Under the pieces are notes generated by a model that was given only the letters and a program-made list of their open reading frames with translations, was not told the DNA's origin and made no database searches. From the NCBI GenBank assembly GCA_964402125.1, contig CAYOBH010000004.1, forward strand, positions 1 to 45,791: a stretch of 45,791 nt of DNA, given 5' to 3'. This document shows positions 1 through 15,789 of the stretch, piece by piece. Origin of the DNA: an uncultured Verrucomicrobiota bacterium. GTDB lineage: Bacteria; Verrucomicrobiota; Kiritimatiellia; Kiritimatiellales; Pontiellaceae. The translations under genes and the position numbers were made by a program. Within the stretch, counting starts at the first letter, position 1; each line of letters starts with the position of its first letter.

Positions 1-668
1 ACTAGCCGAACAGGTTTGTTTCGATGTTCTGTTCTGACGACAAGCATCGACTTATCAAGCGCAGGCATACAATACGGCGCATATGACATATAATTGTAGA
101 CAACCAAAACAGCACTTTCCGTTTCGCGCACAGAATCCATTTGATAGCTGCCAGTTATGGAGGAAGTGACAGGTCCCATCATTCCAATCAGAACATCTGT
201 GGAGAAGTCAAACGTAGACCCTGCCAAACCCAGTTCATCTTCCATACTCTCAAACTGAACTTCATTAGTGACGCAGAAATGGCCCACAAATGAAGGCTGT
301 CCGGAATAGACGACACTCGTCTCACCCGTGCTGGAAGAAAAATTTCCGGGGCTTAGAAGTGCGTAGGGGATGTCGCTTTGCAGGACAGGTTCGACGTCTA
401 CGTAAAAAAACGCAGAAGGCACGCTTCCCGGACTGATTTTTAAAACGTTGTTTGGCGGTGTCGCGAAATAGTCGTCTTTCAACACGATACCCTGTTCCTG
501 TACAAGATTTGTTTTGAAGAGAACGCTATAGATTGCGTTGCTTTCACTCGGCCAGGACAGCGTCACTAAACCATCGCCACCAAAGGCGAGATCAAGCGCT
601 GGTGCCGTATTCTGTGCAAAAGCAGAAGATCCGGCGAGAAGAATCAAACATAGCCACTTTATGTTCAT
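1..668 (-). CDS. Secreted hypothetical protein, truncated by the window edge; possible PrcB C-terminal-like domain
   Basis: Read manually (absent from the ORF track). ATG at 668 with GAAGGG upstream, open to position 1. It begins MNIKWLCLILLAGSSAFAQ (signal peptide), followed by LSWPSESNAIYSVLFKTNL and DFSTDVLIGMMGPVTSSITGSYQMDSVRETES. Confidence 0.75.
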   Translation of the reverse strand, partial: MNIKWLCLILLAGSSAFAQNTAPALDLAFGGDGLVTLSWPSESNAIYSVLFKTNLVQEQGIVLKDDYFATPPNNVLKISPGSVPSAFFYVDVEPVLQSDIPYALLSPGNFSSSTGETSVVYSGQPSFVGHFCVTNEVQFESMEDELGLAGSTFDFSTDVLIGMMGPVTSSITGSYQMDSVRETESAVLVVYNYMSYAPYCMPALDKSMLVVRTEHRNKPVRL

Positions 669-880
669 ATCGCACCCTTCGTATCGGACAATACCAGCAT
701 GGAGCAAGGAAGAACTGTCGTAATCTTATTCTCGTTTCCCTAGTCAAAGATCAGCTGTCGTAATTTCCGGTTAAATTTCACAAAGACACATTCTGCAAAT
801 GGGGAGGGTTTGTTGCAACCCTTTTGAGCCGAAGTTTTTGCTCTGCTTCGGAACGAAGAGCGCTTGATGTGAATAGTACA

Positions 881-941
881 GCCTGCGCTACGCGCTGGAT
901 CACTGCCACCGCATAGCGGCGGAGCTACCGATCCGCAGCGC
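881..941. repeat. Degenerate REP-like palindromic remnants
   Basis: GCCTGCGCTACG (881-892) is identical to 4393-4404. Imperfect hairpin GCGCTGGATC...GATCCGCAGCGC, with CGGCGGAGCTAC inside. Both motifs read GTAG at their 5' end on the minus strand. Confidence 0.45.
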
Positions 942-944
942 ATT

Positions 945-1007
945 TACGCAATACGCATTACGCAATACGCATTACGTGATACGCATTACGTGATACGCAA
1001 TCCGCAC
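945..1007. repeat. Heptamer tandem array (TACGCAA/TACGCAT/TACGTGA), 8 units plus 1 degenerate unit
   Basis: Directly visible: TACGCAA TACGCAT TACGCAA TACGCAT TACGTGA TACGCAT TACGTGA TACGCAA TCCGCAC. Confidence 0.95.
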
Positions 1008-1077
1008 CCAATGCTTGATCCGGCATCACTCGACGTGGTACTTCTATGGTTTTTAAATCAATACCGGAGGATTTCTT

Positions 1078-2181
1078 ATGCTGCACCATGTCCCGTTCGA
1101 TGAGATGGAACAATTTATGATCGATGTCTTCAAGGGCATCGGCGTCCCGGAAAGCGACGCACAGACCTGCGCCGACGTGCTGATCACCTCCGACAAACGC
1201 GGCATCGACTCCCACGGTATCGGCCGTCTGAAACCCATTTACTATGACCGGATCGTTCATCAGAAAATCCAGCAGCCGGTGACCGAATTTGAGGTCGTGC
1301 GCGATCACCTCTCCACGGCCGTCGTCGATGGGCATCACGGCATGGGCATGGTGGTGGCGAAGCGCTCTATGCAGATGGCGATCGATAAGGCGAAGAAATA
1401 CGGCATGGGCATGGTCGTGGTGCGCAACTCCACCCACTACGGCATTGCGGGCTACTATCCGCTCATGGCCACCGCACAAAACATGATCGGCGTCACCGGC
1501 ACCAACGCCCGGCCTTCCATTGCACCGACCTTCGGCGTGGAAAACATGCTCGGCACCAATCCGCTGGTCTTTGGTTTCCCGACCGACGAACCGTTCGACT
1601 TTGTGAACGACTATGCCACCTCCGTCATTCAGCGCGGCAAGATTGAACAATATGCCCGCGAAGGCCGCGACTGCCCGGAAGGACTTGTTATAGGGCGCGA
1701 CGGAAAAACAAAGACCGACTCTGTACAGATTCTTGAAGACCTCGTGAACGGCGAGGCCGCACTGACACCCATCGGCGGAATCGGCGAAACAACGGGCGGC
1801 TATAAAGGCTATGGCTTTGCCACCGTTGTCGAGGTGCTCTGCTCCGCGTTGCAGCAAGGCGCCTTTCTCCAGCAGCTCGTCAACCGCGATGCCGACGGCA
1901 ACCTGAAGCCCTACGAGCTCGGTCACTTCTTTATAGCAATCGATGTAAAATGCTTCTGCGAACCGGAACAGTTCCGGACACGCACCGGCGACATTCTCCG
2001 TGCGTTACGTGCCTCCGCCAAAGCTCCCGGTGCTGAACGCATCTACACCTGTGGCGAAAAAGAATATCTGGCGGGCCTCGCGCGCGCCGACTCCGGCGTT
2101 CCGGTGAACGAAGCGCTCCAGCGCGATATGATTACCATGCGCAACGAACTCGGCCTCGATTACCACTTTGACTTTGAATAG
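1078..2181 (+). CDS. Ldh_2 family (type 2 malate/L-lactate/sulfolactate dehydrogenase-like) oxidoreductase
   Basis: Motifs RGIDSHG, VRNSTHYG, GTNPL and GGYKGYG; GGAGG RBS upstream; 367 aa. Confidence 0.9.
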   Translation: MLHHVPFDEMEQFMIDVFKGIGVPESDAQTCADVLITSDKRGIDSHGIGRLKPIYYDRIVHQKIQQPVTEFEVVRDHLSTAVVDGHHGMGMVVAKRSMQMAIDKAKKYGMGMVVVRNSTHYGIAGYYPLMATAQNMIGVTGTNARPSIAPTFGVENMLGTNPLVFGFPTDEPFDFVNDYATSVIQRGKIEQYAREGRDCPEGLVIGRDGKTKTDSVQILEDLVNGEAALTPIGGIGETTGGYKGYGFATVVEVLCSALQQGAFLQQLVNRDADGNLKPYELGHFFIAIDVKCFCEPEQFRTRTGDILRALRASAKAPGAERIYTCGEKEYLAGLARADSGVPVNEALQRDMITMRNELGLDYHFDFE

Positions 2182-2185
2182 CCCC

Positions 2186-2413
2186 ATGAAAATCGAACTC
2201 AAAGAAGAGCAGAAGGCGCAGCTCTGCCGGACCATTACTGAACTCTATTTCAACGACTTTGACGAAGAGATCAGCAACTTCCGCGCAGAGCAGATTCTCG
2301 ACGCCTTCATCGAAAAAGTGGCCCCCGCCATTTACAACATGGCGCTCGAAGACGTGCAGCAGTTTTTGCTTAAACAGATCGACGACCTCGACGCCATCTA
2401 CCGCAAAGAGTGA
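2186..2413 (+). CDS. DUF2164 family protein
   Basis: MKIELKEEQK...YFNDFDEEISNFRAEQILDAFIEKVAPAIYN fits the DUF2164 pattern. ATG lies 4 nt after the upstream stop. Confidence 0.8.
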   Translation: MKIELKEEQKAQLCRTITELYFNDFDEEISNFRAEQILDAFIEKVAPAIYNMALEDVQQFLLKQIDDLDAIYRKE

Positions 2414-2547
2414 GTCGTCTCCACCGCGAAAACCGCTCATCAACATGAATATATCGTTTGACTCGGACGAATTTTACAGGTTAATCCGAGCATCGGATGA
2501 CAAAATGCTCACCGAAATAATTATTCAGGTGCCCTCTGGCTGCCTTT

Positions 2548-2703
2548 AATAAACCTCTCCGCTGATTGCAGCGGGTATCTAATCATTGTAGGGCTGGAGC
2601 GGCTGAAAGCCTTCCCGCCACGACTGGAAGGTCTACGACCATTCCAGCCCTACAATTGTTTGGAGCAAGCTGCGGGGTATTACCCCCAACGCTCCGCAAT
2701 AAA
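2548..2703. mobile_element. Non-autonomous palindromic element (IS200/IS605-end-like MITE), copy 1, with internal REP insertion
   Basis: AATAAACCTC-(CCGCTG..CAGCGG hairpin)...CAAGCTGCGGGGTATT..CCCAACGC..AATAAA. It is homologous at both ends to 25501-25583. The family assignment is an inference. Confidence 0.6.
2585..2656. repeat. GTAG-type REP/REPIN hairpin
   Basis: Perfect 14-bp inverted repeat ATTGTAGGGCTGGA (2585-2598) / TCCAGCCCTACAAT (2643-2656). Confidence 0.75.
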
Positions 2704-2798
2704 CTAAGTCCCCCGAGCTCCTCAGTGTTTGCTCCGCAGATTGCGGCGTACCGGAACACTGCGCCCTATCCGCCGCGCATCATTTTTCCCCTTCATTC

Positions 2799-2827
2799 TT
2801 GACCCGGTATAGGGGCTTGGGCATTCT
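2799..2827 (+). promoter_or_regulatory. Putative sigma70 promoter of glyQS
   Basis: TTGACC-N17-CATTCT, ending 10 nt before the ATG at 2838; no Shine-Dalgarno. Confidence 0.55.
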
Positions 2828-2837
2828 CACCCGCCTT

Positions 2838-4385
2838 ATGAAAGCGAACGATTATCACGTAACAATGGACGCCCTTGTGAGCCTTTGCAAGCGGCGTGGT
2901 TTTATCTTCCAAACTTCGGAAATCTACGGCGGGATCAACGGCTTTTGGGACTACGGCCCGCTCGGCGTCGAGCTGAAGCGCAACATTAAAGCCTGCTGGT
3001 GGAAGTCGATGACGCAGCTGCGCGAGGACATTGTCGGCCTCGACAGCGCCATTATCATGCACCCGAGGGTTTGGGAAGCCTCCGGCCACGTCGGCAACTT
3101 TAAGGACCCGATGCTCGATTGCCGCGAGACGAAGGGCCGCTACCGCGCTGACCAGATCGTGGTGTTCAAGCACAAGACCGATGCGGACGTCCTCATGTTT
3201 GCTTTCCACGAAGGGACCGAGCCCGCCGCGGCTCTGAAAAAGGCGAAGAAGCTGACCAACGGCAGCGCCCTGATGGACGACTACGAGACCGTCGCTCTGC
3301 TCGACATTCCGCTTGATCGCTACGGCAAGCTCGTCGGCCCCGACACCAACGAGCCCGGTACGCTCACCGAGCCGCGCGCGTTTAACCTGATGTTTAAAAC
3401 CTACGTCGGACCAGTTGAAGAGAGCTCGAACGTGGCCTACCTGCGGCCCGAGACGGCGCAGGGCATCTTTGCCCAGTTCAACAACGTCTGCTCCACCGTC
3501 CGCAATAAGGTTCCCTTCGGGATCGCGCAGATCGGCAAGGCGTTCCGCAACGAAATCAACCCGCGCAACTATACCTTCCGGTCCCGCGAGTTTGAACAGA
3601 TGGAGCTGGAATATTTTATCAAGCCCGGCACCGACGCCGAGCAGCACGAATACTGGGTCACCGAACGCTTGAAATGGTATGAAAAGGTCGGGCTGCCCGA
3701 AGGCCGCATGCACCGCGACATCCATTCAGCCGAGGCCCTCGCTCACTATGCCTCGGCCTGCACCGACATCCTGTACGACTTCCCCTTCGGCACGCAGGAG
3801 CTCGAAGGCATCGCCGCCCGCGGCGCCTTCGACCTCACGCAGCACCAGAACGCCAGCGGAAAGTCGATGGAATATTTCGACGAAGAGACGAAGGAGCACT
3901 TTATTCCGCACGTCGTCGAACCCTCCGCCGGGGTCGACCGCATTGCGCTCGCGCTGCTCTGCGAAGCCTATCGCGAAGAGTGGATTCCGAAGGACGGCGG
4001 CGAGGTGCTTACCGCTGAAGTCGGTGCAAAACGCGCTCCGGAAGGCTACGAAGTCCGCACCGTCATGCGCTTTGCGCCCTGCATTGCTCCGTACAAATTG
4101 GCCGTACTCCCGCTGGTTAAAAACAACGAAGAGCTGGTCGCCAAAGCCCGCGGTCTTTTCGAACGGCTTTCCAAGCGCTGGAAATGCTTCTACGACCAGA
4201 ACGGAGCCATCGGACGCCGGTACCGTCGTCAGGACGAAATCGGAACGCCGCTGTGCGTGACCGTCGATTTCGAAACGATCGAGAAAGACAACTGCGTCAC
4301 CGTCCGCGACCGTGACAGCATGGAGCAGGTACGCCTCTCCATCGACGAATTGGACAGCTACATTTCCAACATCGTCGACTTTTAG
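2838..4385 (+). CDS. glyQS: Glycine--tRNA ligase (alpha2 homodimeric type)
   Basis: Motifs CKRRGF, YLRPETAQG, FRNEI..FRSREFEQMELE and HVVEPSAGVDR, plus the anticodon-binding domain IGRRYRRQDEIGTP. Start placed at ATG 2838. Confidence 0.97.
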   Translation: MKANDYHVTMDALVSLCKRRGFIFQTSEIYGGINGFWDYGPLGVELKRNIKACWWKSMTQLREDIVGLDSAIIMHPRVWEASGHVGNFKDPMLDCRETKGRYRADQIVVFKHKTDADVLMFAFHEGTEPAAALKKAKKLTNGSALMDDYETVALLDIPLDRYGKLVGPDTNEPGTLTEPRAFNLMFKTYVGPVEESSNVAYLRPETAQGIFAQFNNVCSTVRNKVPFGIAQIGKAFRNEINPRNYTFRSREFEQMELEYFIKPGTDAEQHEYWVTERLKWYEKVGLPEGRMHRDIHSAEALAHYASACTDILYDFPFGTQELEGIAARGAFDLTQHQNASGKSMEYFDEETKEHFIPHVVEPSAGVDRIALALLCEAYREEWIPKDGGEVLTAEVGAKRAPEGYEVRTVMRFAPCIAPYKLAVLPLVKNNEELVAKARGLFERLSKRWKCFYDQNGAIGRRYRRQDEIGTPLCVTVDFETIEKDNCVTVRDRDSMEQVRLSIDELDSYISNIVDF

Positions 4386-4404
4386 GCAGGATGCCTGCGC
4401 TACG
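4385..4404. repeat. REP-like half element
   Basis: GGCAGGATGCCTGCGCTACG: a short palindrome followed by CTAC (GTAG on the minus strand), directly at the glyQS stop. Confidence 0.5.
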
Positions 4405-4434
4405 TTCGCCGCCATCTTGGCGGCAACGATAAAC

Positions 4435-4467
4435 AAAAAAAACCGCCATCAATATGGCGGTTTTTTT
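4435..4467. terminator. Bidirectional rho-independent terminator
   Basis: A8-CCGCCAT-CAAT-ATGGCGG-T7 between the convergent glyQS and GH2 genes. Confidence 0.9.
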
Positions 4468-4484
4468 GTGGTCACGTCAGACGG

Positions 4485-10935
<6,451 letters not shown>

Positions 10936-11180
10936 GAAAACGATATCTCTTCCGTAGGTTTCAACCCATTCCCGATGGGAAAAGTTGCGGCACCATCTCG
11001 AAACAGCACCGCAGCAAATTGCATCAGAACGACAACAGCGACAATCCGGCCACCATTCGACACCTTTTCCATTCAGCTCGCTCTTTTATACAACTAAGCA
11101 CGTTGTTGAAAGTAAGCGCCGAATGAAGCTCCTTTCGGCCAGGCAAATTGCCCAAAATCGGTCGAGCACGGGATGTCGGC

Positions 11181-12626
11181 CTATTTTTTCCAACAGCTGG
11201 GAAGGAAAAGGATCAGCACGGTGTAGAGTTCAAGGCGACCGAGCAGCATGAAAAGGGTCAACAGCCCCTGCCCCGCCGGCGCAATTGCTCCAAAATTTTG
11301 CGTTACACCCACCGCATTCAGCCCCGGACCAACATTGCCAAGCGTGGCAATTACGGAGGTGGCCGCCGTTTCAAGATTGGGCGTAAAGAAGGTCATCACA
11401 AATGAACCGAGAGCAAAGATCAGCACAAAGATCCCGAAAAACGCGGAGATGTGCGAAACAATTTCCTGCTCCACCGGCTTGCCGCCCAGCTTGATTTGAA
11501 TGACCGACGACGGGCGCATGAAGAGCTTCATCTCGCGCACCATTTTTTTGAACATAATAAAGACGCGCATCACTTTCATGCCCCCGCTGGTTGAACCCGC
11601 GCATCCGCCAACAAACATCATCAGCACCAACAGCAGCCGCGATGCATTGGGCCATTGATCGAAGTCCGCCGTGCAGAATCCCGTGGTCGTAACAATCGAG
11701 GTCGCCGTGAACGAGGCATCGCGCAGGCAGCGCCCCAACGAGGCCCAGTCGTGGCTCCAGATATTGAAGGTGAGAAACAGGGTCGTGCCGATCAGAAAGA
11801 AAAAGTAAAAGCGAAACTCGGAATCTTTAAAATAGCGCCCCGGCTTTCCGGTGAGCGCGTGATAGTGCAGCGAAAAGTTGATCCCGGATAGAAACATAAA
11901 GACCATAATGATCATTTGCACGGGTGTTCCGAAATGACCAACGCTATCTGAGTACGTTGAAAACCCGCCGGTCGATATCGTGCCAAAGGCGTGACAGAAT
12001 GCATCGAACCAGTTCATGCCGGCCAATTTGAGCAACACGGCCTCGATCAGCGTCAACAGCGCATAAACCCCCCAGAGCAGCTTGGCCGTGGTGGTGATAC
12101 GCGGCGTAAGCCGATCCTTTGAGGGACCCGGCATCTCTGCTCGATAAATCTGCATACCGCCCACACCAATGAACGGAAGAATGGCCACGCAAAGCACCAA
12201 TACGCCCATACCGCCGAACCAGTGCGTCAGCGCACGCCAAAAGTGAATGCTGTGCGGTATTACCTCCAGATTACTCAGCACCGACGCCCCGGTCGTGGTA
12301 AACCCGGACATCGTCTCAAACATGGCCGAAACTGGGTGAGAAATGGTGCCGGAAAACATATAGGGCAGCGATCCAAAGAGCGTTGCAAAAATCCACCCAA
12401 AGGTCACCACGCCGAAACCGTCCCGACGAGAAAGATTAATATCCCCACGCGAGAACCAACCCATGCCCAGCGCACTGATAACCGCAATCAATCCCGACTG
12501 AATCAGACTCCATCGAATATGCGAAGGCTCATCATACAGCCACGAAATTCCGGCACAGCCCATCATCGCCAGACCGATCACCAGCGTCATGTATGCAACC
12601 AAATGAAATACGGCTCGTTTGTTCAT
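11181..12626 (-). CDS. trkH: Trk potassium uptake membrane protein TrkH
   Basis: Pore-loop motifs FETMSGFTTTGAS, STGGFS, TTTGF, GGCAGSTSGGMK and LGNVGPG; MLLGRLE near the C-terminus. Confidence 0.96.
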   Translation of the reverse strand: MNKRAVFHLVAYMTLVIGLAMMGCAGISWLYDEPSHIRWSLIQSGLIAVISALGMGWFSRGDINLSRRDGFGVVTFGWIFATLFGSLPYMFSGTISHPVSAMFETMSGFTTTGASVLSNLEVIPHSIHFWRALTHWFGGMGVLVLCVAILPFIGVGGMQIYRAEMPGPSKDRLTPRITTTAKLLWGVYALLTLIEAVLLKLAGMNWFDAFCHAFGTISTGGFSTYSDSVGHFGTPVQMIIMVFMFLSGINFSLHYHALTGKPGRYFKDSEFRFYFFFLIGTTLFLTFNIWSHDWASLGRCLRDASFTATSIVTTTGFCTADFDQWPNASRLLLVLMMFVGGCAGSTSGGMKVMRVFIMFKKMVREMKLFMRPSSVIQIKLGGKPVEQEIVSHISAFFGIFVLIFALGSFVMTFFTPNLETAATSVIATLGNVGPGLNAVGVTQNFGAIAPAGQGLLTLFMLLGRLELYTVLILFLPSCWKK

Positions 12627-12686
12627 AATACGTTCAGGGCAATGCGTACGGAGTTAAATATCCATTAAACAGCGATCCATATTCGA

Positions 12687-14030
12687 TCATAAAAGCCGGG
12701 CATGAATCTTCTTCACCTCCGTTGGATGGCAGAAAATAAGCACTTGATCGCCCGCCACCAACATCAGATCGCCCGTTGCCGTCAACACCTCACCTTGGCG
12801 AAGCACCGTAGCAATGATCGCCTTGGAAGGAAGCTTGATTTCGCAGATTTTTTTATTCGCCAGCTTCCCGCCCTCTTCAATCATCACGTCGAGCAGCTCG
12901 CCGGGCAGATTATGCAGCAGCGACGCCGTATGCACCTTCTTCGACCGCAGCCAATGCAGAATCGCATTCGTCGTGGAAACATAAGGACTCACCACACGGT
13001 TCACTAGATAAAGCTGTTCGACCACCGGAATAAAATCGGTTCGCGTAATGTGCGTGGCTGTAAACGAGGCCCCTTTCTTCTGCGCCATCAGGCAGTTCAT
13101 GATATTGCCTTCATCGTCGCCCGTCAGCGCAACAAACGCCGTATTCTCATTCATTCCCGACTCGTCCAACGTGCTCTCCATCAGCGCATCGGCCCGCAGA
13201 ATCAGCGTCTTATTCAGCGCCGCAGAACAATAGAGCGCGCGCTCTTCGTCCCGTTCCAACAGCACACAATCGACCTCATTTTCAATAAACTGGGCCAGCA
13301 TCAACCCCAGATCGCCGCCGCCCGCAATAATCACCTTCTCGAAGGGCTTAATTTCCGGGCATACCCAGCTAAAAAAGTTCGTTATATCTTCGCGCTGACC
13401 GACCAAATAAACCACATCCTGTTTCTTAAACAGCGTATCGCCGTGCGGAATCACCAATTCATCGCCCCGACGAACAGCAATCACACGAACGCGCTGAATG
13501 AGGTCCAGCCGATCGCATTCCGCTGGCGTGCGATCCAGCAGCGGACTCGACAACGTTACACGGAATCCGGCCACCATCACCTTGCCCGCAAACAGATCAA
13601 ACACTTCCAGTGCTCCGGGAATCTGCAGCATGTTGTACACCTCGCGGGCGCACTCCTGCTTCTGATTGATCACCAGATCAATGCCCATCTTGCGGAGATC
13701 GTAGTGTGAAGAAGTGTTCAGAAAATCGGGATTGGTCACACGCGCTATCTTGCCTTTTACCCCGGCCGCATTGGCCAGCAGGCAGGCCAAAACATTGACG
13801 TCGTCGTTATCGGTGACCGCAATCAACAGATCCGACTTATGAACCTCCGCCGCCTCCAACACGGTCGGATTCGTTCCCTCACCGCATAACGTCAATACAT
13901 CGAGCCCCGCCTCCGCCTGAGACAGCGCCTCCGCATCGACATCCACCATCACCACCGAATGCTTCTCCTCACACAACCGCTGTGCAAGCTGACGTCCGGC
14001 ATTTCCTGCTCCAAGAATTACAATCCGCAT
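12687..14030 (-). CDS. trkA: Trk potassium uptake NAD-binding subunit TrkA
   Basis: Two RCK domains (GAGNAG; GGGDLG); adjacent to trkH; start at MRIVILGAG. Confidence 0.95.
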   Translation of the reverse strand: MRIVILGAGNAGRQLAQRLCEEKHSVVMVDVDAEALSQAEAGLDVLTLCGEGTNPTVLEAAEVHKSDLLIAVTDNDDVNVLACLLANAAGVKGKIARVTNPDFLNTSSHYDLRKMGIDLVINQKQECAREVYNMLQIPGALEVFDLFAGKVMVAGFRVTLSSPLLDRTPAECDRLDLIQRVRVIAVRRGDELVIPHGDTLFKKQDVVYLVGQREDITNFFSWVCPEIKPFEKVIIAGGGDLGLMLAQFIENEVDCVLLERDEERALYCSAALNKTLILRADALMESTLDESGMNENTAFVALTGDDEGNIMNCLMAQKKGASFTATHITRTDFIPVVEQLYLVNRVVSPYVSTTNAILHWLRSKKVHTASLLHNLPGELLDVMIEEGGKLANKKICEIKLPSKAIIATVLRQGEVLTATGDLMLVAGDQVLIFCHPTEVKKIHARLL

Positions 14031-14162
14031 GTAGGTTTTCCCCCGCAAAAAGCGTCGTATATGATTAAAGAGGAGAGTTTATCAATAAAAAACCGGAAAA
14101 CAATCCACTATAGTGCTGTAAGGCAATCGTTCATTCTGACTGAACAATGTGCTGAAAAATCC

Positions 14163-14197
14163 TTTCCAAAAACTGCCGAAGTCCTATACTCGCGCAC
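14163..14197 (+). promoter_or_regulatory. Putative promoter of leaderless glpK
   Basis: TATACT (14185-14190) lies 7 nt before the ATG at 14198; TTTCCA 16 nt upstream; no SD. Confidence 0.55.
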
Positions 14198-15682
14198 ATG
14201 AAATGCGTTCTGGCATTGGATCAAGGAACAACCAGCTCTCGAGCGATCCTGTTTGATCGTTCGGGCGGATTGCGTGCCGTTGCACAGCAGGAAATTACGC
14301 AACACTACCCGCGCCCTGGATGGGTCGAGCACGACCCGGAAGAAATCTGGAAAACACAGGAAAAAACCGCCCATCTGGCGATGCACCAAGCCGGCGTGCA
14401 CACTGAAGACATTGAGGCGATCGGCATCACCAACCAGCGCGAAACCACCATTCTCTGGAACCGAAAAACCGGTGAACCCATTTATCCCGCCATCGTCTGG
14501 CAGGACCGCCGTACGGCCGATCTATGCCGAAAGCTTAAAGATGAAGGGCTGGAACCACGCTTTCACCGCGCCACCGGGCTCTATCTCGACCCCTACTTTT
14601 CCGGCACCAAGATTAAATGGATTCTCGACCACGTAAACGGAGCACGCGCACAGGCCGACCGTGGCGAGCTGGCTTTCGGCACCATCGATTCCTGGCTGCT
14701 GTGGAAACTCACCAAAGGCAACGTGCATGCTACCGATGTCTCCAACGCATCGCGTACGCTGCTCTTTAACATTCATACGTTGACGTGGGACGACGAGCTG
14801 CTACAGCTTCTTGAAATTCCGCACAGTCTGCTGCCCGAAGTCAAACCCTCCAGCACGCTCTATGGATCGGTCGATAAATTTCTCTGCCAGTCCGGTTGCC
14901 GCATTGCCGGTGTTGCCGGCGATCAGCATGCCGCGCTCTTTGGGCAGGCCTGTTTTCAACCGAACTCCGCCAAAAACACCTACGGCACGGGATGTTTCAT
15001 GCTCATGAACACCGGAAACGCGCCGACCGAATCCCAAAATAAACTCCTTACCACCATGGCATGGCAACGCCCGAACGAAACCTGTTACGCCCTTGAGGGC
15101 AGCGTATTCACTGCGGGAGCCACCGTCCAGTGGCTGCGCGACAAACTGGGAATCATCCAGAACGCCGCCGAAATTGAACCGCTCGCCCAGACCGTTCCCG
15201 ATAATGGCGGCGTTTATTGGGTTCCTGCCTTTTCGGGCCTCGGCGCACCCTATTGGGACCCCCGCGCCCGTGGAACCATTATCGGCCTCACCGGCGGAAC
15301 CGGCAAAGCTCACATCGCCCGCGCCGCGCTGGAATCCATGTGCTTCCAGTCAGCAGAACTGCTTCAGGCGATGGAGCGCGACACCGGAACCCGTGTCAAA
15401 CAGCTGCGCGTTGACGGCGGAGCCTGCGTCAACAACCTACTGATGCAGACTCAGGCCGACCTGCTGCAGATACCAGTTGAACGCCCGTCCATGATCGAAT
15501 CCACCGCCTTCGGAGCCGCCGCCCTTGCCGGCCTCACCGTCGGATTCTGGGATTCCCTCGAAGAAATTTCCGCCGTTCGACAAATTGACCGCATCTTTGA
15601 GCCGCAGATCAGCTCGGACGAAGCCTCCTCGCGGCTCACCCAATGGCGCCGCGCCGTCGAGCGCGCCCGAGAGTGGGCTTGA
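14198..15682 (+). CDS. glpK: Glycerol kinase
   Basis: Motifs [49 protein letters not shown] and VDGG. Confidence 0.97.
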   Translation: MKCVLALDQGTTSSRAILFDRSGGLRAVAQQEITQHYPRPGWVEHDPEEIWKTQEKTAHLAMHQAGVHTEDIEAIGITNQRETTILWNRKTGEPIYPAIVWQDRRTADLCRKLKDEGLEPRFHRATGLYLDPYFSGTKIKWILDHVNGARAQADRGELAFGTIDSWLLWKLTKGNVHATDVSNASRTLLFNIHTLTWDDELLQLLEIPHSLLPEVKPSSTLYGSVDKFLCQSGCRIAGVAGDQHAALFGQACFQPNSAKNTYGTGCFMLMNTGNAPTESQNKLLTTMAWQRPNETCYALEGSVFTAGATVQWLRDKLGIIQNAAEIEPLAQTVPDNGGVYWVPAFSGLGAPYWDPRARGTIIGLTGGTGKAHIARAALESMCFQSAELLQAMERDTGTRVKQLRVDGGACVNNLLMQTQADLLQIPVERPSMIESTAFGAAALAGLTVGFWDSLEEISAVRQIDRIFEPQISSDEASSRLTQWRRAVERAREWA

Positions 15683-15685
15683 AAG

Positions 15686-15774
15686 AACGTAGATGGAGCA
15701 TCCCTGCTTCGTTGTGCGCACTGAGTTCGGTTTTCAATGGAGACAAAACGAAGCAAGGATAATTCGTCTACGTT
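15686..15774. repeat. GTAG-type REPIN (long imperfect inverted repeat)
   Basis: AACGTAGATGGAGCATCCCTGCTTCGTT (15686-15713) vs AACGAAGCAAGGATAATTCGTCTACGTT (15747-15774): 23/28 complementary, between convergent genes. Confidence 0.7.
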
Positions 15775-15789
15775 ACTGAGCCATATTAG

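Noticed and set aside
2445-2549. 34-aa ORF MNISFDSDEFYRLIRASDDK...
   Set aside because: No RBS or recognisable motif. It may be a remnant cut by the element at 2548, but this cannot be supported.
2414-2837. T-box riboswitch upstream of glyQS
   Set aside because: No T-box consensus. The hairpins are explained by the MITE/REP, and a promoter lies immediately before the ATG.
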